This document shows, piece after piece, positions 57,630-63,992 of a DNA stretch of 63,992 bases. A program made the translations under genes and the position numbers. The notes below the pieces were generated by a model, which did not search any database, was not told the DNA's origin, and was given only the letters and a program-made list of their open reading frames with translations. The DNA is taken from positions 1 to 63,992 of the IMG/VR virus record IMGVR_UViG_3300048929_000258; one strand, written 5' to 3'. The number at the start of each line of letters is the position of its first letter. Within the stretch, counting starts at the first letter, position 1. The stretch is from a virus.

Positions 57630-59343
57630 CGCGCCGCTCGACGGACCGCTAACCCCTGTTCAGCGAGCCAACCGCTATGTAGCAGGCGTGCTGAACGGGT
57701 CTGTACCGGCTTGTAAATGGGTGAAGGCGGCTTGTAAGAGGCAACGTGACGACCTGAAACGTAAGTCATGGGCCTATCATTTTGATGAGGAAGTTGCCAA
57801 CCGTCCTTGTAACTTTGCTCATAAGCTGCCTCATATCAAGGGCAAAGACTTCGCTGGCAAGAAGATTGAGTTTGAGGATTGGCAGTGTTTCATCGTCACC
57901 ACCGTGTATGGCTGGGTCGACGCAGTAGGCAACCGCCGCTTCAAAATCGCCTACATCGAAGTGCCTCGCAAGAATGGTAAGTCTACCATGTCCGCTCCAA
58001 TTGGTCTGTATGCGCTCGCAGCAGACAAGGAGCCTGGCGCAGAAGTCTACAGTGCAGCAACAACTCGCGAACAGGCAAGGATCGTTTGGGCCGATGCAAA
58101 GGCAATGGTGGACAAATGCAAGCCGTTGCGCGAGGCACTTTGCGTTGCGACCTCATCGCATTCCATCTTCAAAGCAAACAACAGTTCAAAGTTCCAAGCG
58201 CTATCTCGCGACCAGCAAGGCAACTTGGATGGTTTGAATATCCATCTAGCAATCATCGATGAGCTACACGCTCATAAGACAAGAGACGTTTGGGACGTTA
58301 TCGAGACAGCGACCGGCGCGCGCACACAGCCGCTGATTTGGGCAATCACGACCGCAGGTAGCAATCGCGCAGGCATCTGCTATGAGCAGCGCTCTTATGT
58401 TATCAAGATTCTGAGCAAGGTGCATTCTGATGACACCTACTTCGGAATCATCTACACCATCGACAAGGGCGACGATCCGTTCGACCCGGTTTCGTGGGCA
58501 AAGGCCAATCCCAACTATGGTGTGTCAGTAAAGCCGGACGATCTTCAGCGCAAAGCTGTGAAGGCCCGGCAAATGGCATCAGCCTTGAACAATTTCCTCA
58601 CCAAACATCTTAATGTGTGGGTGAATGCTGACTCGCCTTGGATGAATATGACGGCTTGGGATGAATGTGCCGAGCCTGCGATGCGTGAGGAAGACTTCGC
58701 CAGTGAAGAGTGCATGGTGTCTTGCGATTTGGCAACGAAGACCGACATCGCTCCCAAGCTCAAAATATTCCGTCGCATCAAGGAAGAAGTTCAAAAGGAT
58801 GGCACATCAAAACCTGTGCCGCATTACTACGTGTTTGGAAGCTTCTACCTTCCTGAGACTGCAATCGAAGACGGTCGCAACTCTCAGTATGAAGGTTGGG
58901 AGCTAGATGGATTGCTCATCAAGACGCCCGGCAGCGTTACAGATTTTGGATTGATAGAAGACGACATCAAAGCGGATGCTGCGAAGTATCGAGTGTTGAA
59001 CGCAGGCTTCGATCCTTGGCAAGCCAGCTATCTCATCCAACGCCTCCAGGTAGAAAACTTGCCTGTCTTGGAGTATCGTCAGACTGTGCAAAACATGAGT
59101 CAGCCGATGAAGGAAGTTGAGGCGCTCGTGTTGTCAAAACATCTTCATCATAATGGCGATCCTGTTCTAGCGTGGATGATATCAAATGTGGTTTGCCACA
59201 TTGATGTGAAGGAAAATATCTACCCACGCAAGGAGAAGCCTGAGAACAAAATCGATGGAGCAGTTGCACTGATAATGGGGATTGGTATGTGGCTCCAACC
59301 TCAAGCTGAAGTCAAAGAATACCAAATGATGTTCTTACGCTGA
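57538..59343 (+). CDS. terL: Terminase large subunit (Terminase_1 family)
   Basis: 601 aa. EDWQCFIVTTVYGW ... IEVPRKNGKSTMSA (Walker A-like) ... LAIIDELHAH (Walker B). The nuclease half follows. The only ATG lies 92 nt inside terS, so the start is uncertain. Confidence 0.85.
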   Translation: MATTKSRKTSSTSSKTATQRRTRKAASQSTSAPLDGPLTPVQRANRYVAGVLNGSVPACKWVKAACKRQRDDLKRKSWAYHFDEEVANRPCNFAHKLPHIKGKDFAGKKIEFEDWQCFIVTTVYGWVDAVGNRRFKIAYIEVPRKNGKSTMSAPIGLYALAADKEPGAEVYSAATTREQARIVWADAKAMVDKCKPLREALCVATSSHSIFKANNSSKFQALSRDQQGNLDGLNIHLAIIDELHAHKTRDVWDVIETATGARTQPLIWAITTAGSNRAGICYEQRSYVIKILSKVHSDDTYFGIIYTIDKGDDPFDPVSWAKANPNYGVSVKPDDLQRKAVKARQMASALNNFLTKHLNVWVNADSPWMNMTAWDECAEPAMREEDFASEECMVSCDLATKTDIAPKLKIFRRIKEEVQKDGTSKPVPHYYVFGSFYLPETAIEDGRNSQYEGWELDGLLIKTPGSVTDFGLIEDDIKADAAKYRVLNAGFDPWQASYLIQRLQVENLPVLEYRQTVQNMSQPMKEVEALVLSKHLHHNGDPVLAWMISNVVCHIDVKENIYPRKEKPENKIDGAVALIMGIGMWLQPQAEVKEYQMMFLR

Positions 59344-59353
59344 GGACCACTGT

Positions 59354-61381
59354 ATGTCGCATCGCAAATTTACTGGTGGTGTCCAGCGCGCTTATTCACA
59401 GCTGACCGTCAAGGCTGTGGTTGAAGATGGCAAGCGCATCATTCGTGGTGTAGCTACCACGCCAACGACTGATCGTGTTGGTGATGTTGTTTTGCCGGAA
59501 GGCGCGCAATACAACCTGCCCATTCCGTTCTTGTGGCAGCACAACTCCAGTCAGCCCATCGGCTGGATCACCGAAGTAACCGTCACCAAAGCAGGCATCA
59601 CGGTCGTGGGTGAGGTTGCCCAGACTGATGAAGAAGGATCGCTGAAAGACCTTCTCGACTTCGCGTGGCAATCCATTCAGTTGGGATTGGTGCGTGGCTT
59701 GTCGATTGGTTTCAACGCGCTCAAATATGCCTACATGGATGACAGCTGGGGCATCGAATTCCAAGAATGGGAATGGCTGGAACTTTCAGCTGTGACGATT
59801 CCGGCGAACGCCGATGCGTCCATCCTCGCAATTAAGAAACTCGATGGGGCTGTGCTTGCCGCGATTGGCAAACCTGCACAGAATCAGAAGTCTCTCCCTG
59901 TCGTGTCGCTGAGTAAGTCGAACCAGCCCAGCGCTTTGGGCAACAAGAAAACCACACCTGTTGTTCCCATTGAGCCCACGGAGGCTGGTAACATGAACAT
60001 CGCAGAACTCAAGAAGCAGTATGAGGCCACTCGTCAGGCCAAGGCCGCTCGGATGATGGAGCTGATGGAAGCTTCCGCCGAGAAGGGTGAAACGCTGGAT
60101 GCCTCCCAGCAGGAAGAATACGATGGCTTGGGCATCGAGCTGAAGTCCATCGATGCGCACTTGGTGCGACTCAACGACATGGAAAAGATTCAGGGCACCG
60201 TCGCCAAGCGCGTCGAAGGCCAGAGTGCGACGGAAGCTGGCAACAGCCGCGTGCTTGCCACCGTCAAGTCTGACGAAGGCAAGAACAAGCTGAAGGATGG
60301 CATTGGCTTGGCACAGGTCGTGAAGTATCTTGGCCGTGCGAAGGGCAATCGCTGGGAAGCGTTGGAGATGGCCAAAGCCGCTTCCAATATCGATGAGCGC
60401 GTGCTGGGCGTCCTCAAGGCTGCTGTTGCGGCTGGTACCACGACCAATGCGACCTGGGCTGGTGGCTTGGTTGGCGATGAAACGTCGCTGTTCGCCGACT
60501 TCGTGGAATATCTGCGTCCTCTCACGATCTTGGGCAAGTTCGGTACTGGTGGCGTCCCGGCGCTGCGCAAGGTTCCGTTCCGCGTGCCGCTGATCGGTCA
60601 GACCACCGGTGGTGCGGGCTTCTGGGTTGGTGAAGGTAAGGCCAAGCCGCTTACCAAGTTCGACTTCACCCGCCGCGTGCTCGATCCGCTGAAGGTCGCC
60701 AACATCGCCGTCGTGACGATGGAGACGCTGCGCGATTCCAGCCCGTCCGCCGATGGCATCATCCGCGATCAGTTGGTGGAAGCGCTGCGTGGTCGTCTGG
60801 ATACCGACTTCATCGATCCCAGCAAGACTGCATCGGCCGGCATTTCGCCTGCGTCGATCACCAATGGTGTCACGCCCATCCACAGCTCCGGCAACGATGC
60901 TGATGCGGTGCGTGCTGACGTCAAGAAGCTGTTCAGCACCTTCATCGCCGCCAACAACGCGCCGACTTCGGGCGTGTGGGTGATGTCGGCTGTGACGGCG
61001 CTGGCGCTGAGCCTTATGGTGACGCCGCTTGGTGTGCCGGTGTTCCCGACGATTGGCATGAATGGTGGTACCTTCCAGGGTCTGCCGGTGATCGTTTCGG
61101 AATATGTGACGCACACGTCAGCTGGCGCGACGGTTATCCTGATGAACGCTCAGGATATCTACTACGCGGATGACGGCGACTTCGCAGTGGACTTCTCCAC
61201 GGAAGCTTCACTGGAAATGTCCGATGCGCCCACGAACAACAGCGGCACCGGTACTGGTGCTTCGCTGGTGTCGATGTTCCAGACGAACAGCGCAGCCTTC
61301 CGCGCTGAGCGCACCGTCAACTGGGACAAGCGTCGTCCGTCCGCCGTTGCCGTGCTGGATGAAGTCAACTGGGGTAGCTAA
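59354..61381 (+). CDS. Prohead protease (S78/HK97-type) fused to an HK97-fold major capsid protein
   Basis: 675 aa. The protease part is RGVATTPTTDRVGDVV...FLWQHNSSQPIGW...GLSIGF...LELSAVTIPANADASI. A coiled-coil delta-like region follows (NIAELKKQYEATRQAKAARMMEL...). Then the capsid body (FVEYLRPLTILGKFG...FWVGEGKAKP...VVTMETLRDS). Confidence 0.8.
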   Translation: MSHRKFTGGVQRAYSQLTVKAVVEDGKRIIRGVATTPTTDRVGDVVLPEGAQYNLPIPFLWQHNSSQPIGWITEVTVTKAGITVVGEVAQTDEEGSLKDLLDFAWQSIQLGLVRGLSIGFNALKYAYMDDSWGIEFQEWEWLELSAVTIPANADASILAIKKLDGAVLAAIGKPAQNQKSLPVVSLSKSNQPSALGNKKTTPVVPIEPTEAGNMNIAELKKQYEATRQAKAARMMELMEASAEKGETLDASQQEEYDGLGIELKSIDAHLVRLNDMEKIQGTVAKRVEGQSATEAGNSRVLATVKSDEGKNKLKDGIGLAQVVKYLGRAKGNRWEALEMAKAASNIDERVLGVLKAAVAAGTTTNATWAGGLVGDETSLFADFVEYLRPLTILGKFGTGGVPALRKVPFRVPLIGQTTGGAGFWVGEGKAKPLTKFDFTRRVLDPLKVANIAVVTMETLRDSSPSADGIIRDQLVEALRGRLDTDFIDPSKTASAGISPASITNGVTPIHSSGNDADAVRADVKKLFSTFIAANNAPTSGVWVMSAVTALALSLMVTPLGVPVFPTIGMNGGTFQGLPVIVSEYVTHTSAGATVILMNAQDIYYADDGDFAVDFSTEASLEMSDAPTNNSGTGTGASLVSMFQTNSAAFRAERTVNWDKRRPSAVAVLDEVNWGS

Positions 61382-61403
61382 TTCAACTTGGCAGTCCGTC
61401 AAA

Positions 61404-61437
61404 GGGAGCAGCAGCAGATTCGCTGCTCCCTCTTTTT
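61404..61437 (+). terminator. Rho-independent terminator after the capsid gene
   Basis: GGGAGCAGC-agcagattc-GCTGCTCCC forms a 9-bp stem, followed by TCTTTTT. Confidence 0.8.
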
Positions 61438-61456
61438 GCTACTAGGAGTTCATAAA

Positions 61457-61750
61457 GTGGAAATCATCATCAATCAGTCAAACAGGCAGATGACCGCTAG
61501 CAAGGTGCTGGGCGATGAACTTGTTCGTATGGGTATTGCGAGGAGCATCGATAAGCCAGCATCGCGAGTCGCCAACAAGCAGACCTACAGCACGCGTCAT
61601 CTGGAAGCACAGCACGCGAATACCAGCAATGAGGCTTCCAACAATTCCAGCGTCAGCAACAGCGTCAATACAAACTCCAATCCGAAGACCAGCAACAGCA
61701 ATGCGCGCGTCAACCAACGCAATGCGCGTCCCAAGCAGTTTGGTAAGTAA
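61457..61750 (+). CDS. Small protein with an Asn/Ser-rich low-complexity tail
   Basis: 97 aa from GTG 61457 after AGGAG (frame open from 61388, but that part spans the terminator). The C-terminal half is NTSNEASNNSSVSNSVNTNSNPKTSNSNARVNQRN. Confidence 0.5.
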   Translation: MEIIINQSNRQMTASKVLGDELVRMGIARSIDKPASRVANKQTYSTRHLEAQHANTSNEASNNSSVSNSVNTNSNPKTSNSNARVNQRNARPKQFGK

Positions 61751-61774
61751 TCACCAACCAATTCGGAGACAGAT

Positions 61775-63208
61775 ATGCGCATCTTTGGATTGACCATTGG
61801 CCGCTCCAAGGCTACGCAAGCACGACCGCCGTTGGCACCAGCAGGCTCTGGTAGTTGGTGGGGCTGGGGCTGGGGCGCCATCAAGGAATCTTTCGCTGGC
61901 GCTTGGCAGCGCAACATCCTCAAGAATCCTGAGACGGTCTGTCGCAACACGACCGTCTTTGCTTGTGTGACGCTTATCGCTAGCGATATCGCGAAGCTGA
62001 AGTGGAAGCTCACCAAGCCTTACAAGCCCAAAAGTAATGTTTGGGTTGAATGGCCGAACAGCGCTTATGATCCGGTGCTGAATGATCCCAATCATTACCA
62101 GAACCAAATTCAGTTCCGCGAGTTTTGGCTACTGTCGAAGCTCACTACAGGCAACACCTATGTGCTGAAGGAGCGCGACGCATCTAACAAGGTGCGCAAG
62201 CTTTACATTCTCGATCCGCGCCGTGTGTTCCCGATGGTGAGTGATGATGGAAGCGTGTACTATGAATTGTACATGGACAATCTCAACAATGTGCTTCCTG
62301 ATAAGCTGTTGGTGCCAGCATCAGAGATTATCCACGACCGGTTCAACTGTTTGTTCCACCCGCTGATTGGTTTGTCGCCTCTGTTCGCGGCGGCGCTACC
62401 TGCGTATCAGGCAAACACCATCATGGGAACCTTCACCAATTTCTTTCGCAATGGCGCAATGCCCAGTGGCATCTTGACTGCGCCCGGCACCATCAAGCAA
62501 GAGACTGCTGATCGCCTCAAAGCAGACTGGGACAAGAATTACACCGGTGAAGGTGCTGGTGGTGTTGCTGTGCTCGGTGACAACCTAAAGTTTGAAAAGA
62601 TTTCAATGACTGCTGCTGATGCGCAAGTTATTGAACAGATGCGCTTCTCCGATGAAAAGATTTGCTCAGCTTATCATGTACCAGGTTACAAGGTTGGCGT
62701 TGGCGCTTATCCGAACTATGGCGCAGATGTCGCTCAACAGGATTACTACAACACCTGTCTCCAGACGCTGATTGAAGCGATGGAGCTGTGCATGGATGAA
62801 GGTCTGAGCCTTCCTTCTGATGTTGGTCTGTGCTTGGATATTCGCGGGCTGCTGCGAATGGATGCAAAGTCGCTGATGACGTTTGTCGCTGAAGGCGTCA
62901 AGGCATCTGTGCTGTCGCCGAATGATGGTCGTGAATACTTCGATCTTATCCCAGTGACTGGCGGCGACAGTCCAATGATCCAGCAGCAAAACTATTCGCT
63001 GGAGGCTATCGCGAAGCGCGATGCTCAGCCTGATCCATTCATTACTGCTAAGCCGACATCGGTGCCTGAAGGTAATATCGCTGAGGACACTGGCGGCGCT
63101 GCAGCTGCTGGTGAGACAACTACCAACAACGCTGATGAGAACGCTGCAAATGAAGGCAAGTTCTTGGAAGCGCTCACCAAGGCATTTGAGATGGAGATGG
63201 CCGCATGA
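61775..63208 (+). CDS. Portal protein (HK97 family)
   Basis: 477 aa. VFACVTLIASDIAKL ... FREFWLLSKLTTGNTYVLKERD ... IIHDRFNCLFHPLIGLSPL ... fits the Phage_portal (HK97-type) pattern. Confidence 0.8.
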   Translation: MRIFGLTIGRSKATQARPPLAPAGSGSWWGWGWGAIKESFAGAWQRNILKNPETVCRNTTVFACVTLIASDIAKLKWKLTKPYKPKSNVWVEWPNSAYDPVLNDPNHYQNQIQFREFWLLSKLTTGNTYVLKERDASNKVRKLYILDPRRVFPMVSDDGSVYYELYMDNLNNVLPDKLLVPASEIIHDRFNCLFHPLIGLSPLFAAALPAYQANTIMGTFTNFFRNGAMPSGILTAPGTIKQETADRLKADWDKNYTGEGAGGVAVLGDNLKFEKISMTAADAQVIEQMRFSDEKICSAYHVPGYKVGVGAYPNYGADVAQQDYYNTCLQTLIEAMELCMDEGLSLPSDVGLCLDIRGLLRMDAKSLMTFVAEGVKASVLSPNDGREYFDLIPVTGGDSPMIQQQNYSLEAIAKRDAQPDPFITAKPTSVPEGNIAEDTGGAAAAGETTTNNADENAANEGKFLEALTKAFEMEMAA

Positions 63209-63992
63209 ACGCAGTCGAAGCCGCGAAGCATTTGGCTGCTGTGACCAAGGAGGCTGTGGCGCGAGCCTTGGCTCCGATTGGCGAGCAGCTGACAGCATTT
63301 GGTGATCGTCTCAAGGCGCTTGAAGATGCACCACAGCCCAGCAATGGGCAGGACGGTCGCGATGGACAAGACGCATCACCTGAGCAGATCGCCAAAGCTG
63401 TATCAGAGCATCTTGAAGCCAACCCGATTGTGGCGGAAAAAGGCGACAAAGGGGACGCTGGCGAGAAGGGTGAGCAAGGTGAACCGGGCGAAGCTGGTCG
63501 CGACGGTACGTCGCCATCAGTGGATGAAATCGCGCCGGCAGTTGCGACGATCCTTGCTGAGACCGCGCCGGCAGTTGCGACGATCCTTGCTGAGACCGTT
63601 CCGGGAGCGCTGAAGGAGTATCTGGAAGCGAACCCCGTTCCTGCTGGCGAGAAGGGCGAGCGCGGCGCGGACGGAAAGGACGGAAAGGACGGAAAGGACG
63701 CTACTAGCCCTGACGTCGCTGAAATCGCGTCCGCCTTGGCTCCGGTGGTGCAGGACGCAGTTGCAGCGCACTTCGAAGCGAACCCCGTTCCTGCTGGCGA
63801 GAAGGGCGAGCGCGGCGCGGACGGAAAGGACGGAAAGGACGGAAAGGACGCTACTAGCCCTGACGTCGCTGAAATCGCGTCCGCCTTGGCTCCGGTGGTG
63901 CAGGACGCAGTTGCAGCGCACTTCGAAGCGAACCCCGTTCCTGCTGGCGAGAAGGGCGAGCGCGGCGCGGACGGAAAGGACGGAAAGGACGG
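63205..63992 (+). CDS. Collagen-like repeat virion fibre protein, 5' part (continues at nt 1-653)
   Basis: ATG 63205 in an ATGA overlap with the portal stop. The frame stays open to the window end. It has repeated modules of an amphipathic segment (..IA.ALAPVVQDAVAAHFEANPVPAG) plus a short Gly-X-Y run (EKGERGADGKDGKDGKD). Confidence 0.8.
   Translation, partial: MNAVEAAKHLAAVTKEAVARALAPIGEQLTAFGDRLKALEDAPQPSNGQDGRDGQDASPEQIAKAVSEHLEANPIVAEKGDKGDAGEKGEQGEPGEAGRDGTSPSVDEIAPAVATILAETAPAVATILAETVPGALKEYLEANPVPAGEKGERGADGKDGKDGKDATSPDVAEIASALAPVVQDAVAAHFEANPVPAGEKGERGADGKDGKDGKDATSPDVAEIASALAPVVQDAVAAHFEANPVPAGEKGERGADGKDGKD
63532..63597 (+). repeat. 33-bp x 2 perfect in-frame tandem repeat
   Basis: GCGCCGGCAGTTGCGACGATCCTTGCTGAGACC occurs twice (APAVATILAET x2). 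Confidence 0.9.
63625..63992 (+). repeat. 150-bp in-frame tandem repeat (2 full copies plus a partial third that runs into nt 1-127)
   Basis: The unit starts GAAGCGAACCCCGTTCCTGCTGGCGAG at 63625, 63775 and 63925. Each unit encodes 50 aa. Each unit also contains GACGGAAAG 9-bp sub-repeats. Confidence 0.9.

Noticed and set aside
59786-61114. 442-aa ORF on the minus strand
   Set aside because: It is antisense to the protease-capsid gene, which has clear family motifs. Its composition (R/H/G-rich) looks non-coding.
63517-63921. 134-aa ORF on the minus strand with internal repeats
   Set aside because: It is the antisense image of the collagen-like gene's tandem repeats. The plus-strand frame gives Gly-X-Y collagen runs and joins across the circular junction.

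Overview
The window is one complete, circularly closed tailed-phage genome of siphovirus type. Nt 1-127 are identical to nt 63866-63992, so the unique length is about 63,865 bp. All family calls are by-eye motif recognition, not database searches.

Layout:
- Plus strand, 63205 wrapping to 20618: collagen-like fibre gene, head-tail joining genes, tail genes and a lysis cassette.
- Minus strand, 36740 down to 20889: two early operons, each headed by a copy of a duplicated promoter/leader of about 125 bp.
- Plus strand, 36962-55711: middle/replication region.
- 55772-56085: an iteron-like repeat array.
- 56198-63208: packaging and head module (HNH, P27-type TerS, Terminase_1-type TerL, prohead protease-major capsid fusion, HK97-type portal).

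The tail module has a tape measure protein, an RcGTA g12-g15-like distal tail, and DUF2793 and triple-LamG fibres. The lysis cassette has an SLT-like endolysin, a holin and overlapped Rz/Rz1 spanins.

The early operons carry a DnaE-type polymerase, a DnaQ-like exonuclease, a divergent ThyX, an FAD-binding protein, a HAD phosphatase, DUF932 and DUF2786 proteins, and many small ORFs.

The middle region carries an SNF2 helicase, two MazG-like genes, a RepB-like primase, a LuxR-type regulator, a GT-B glycosyltransferase and a D5/P4-type primase-helicase.

I found no integrase, repressor, tRNA, CRISPR array or reverse transcriptase.

Most unusual features:
- A six-gene glycan-building cassette lies inside the head-tail joining module (1399-5436). 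It holds a Maf/DUF115-like gene, three GT-B-like genes, a SAM methyltransferase and a GT8-like gene. I read it as a candidate virion-glycosylation system.
- A scattered nucleotide-pool and possible DNA-modification gene set: the divergent ThyX, three MazG-like genes, the HAD phosphatase, the FAD protein, a second methyltransferase and the GT-B glycosyltransferase.
- The duplicated early promoter/leader.
- The iteron array next to the primase-helicase gene.
- A J-like host-specificity protein split into two ORFs by two inserted genes.
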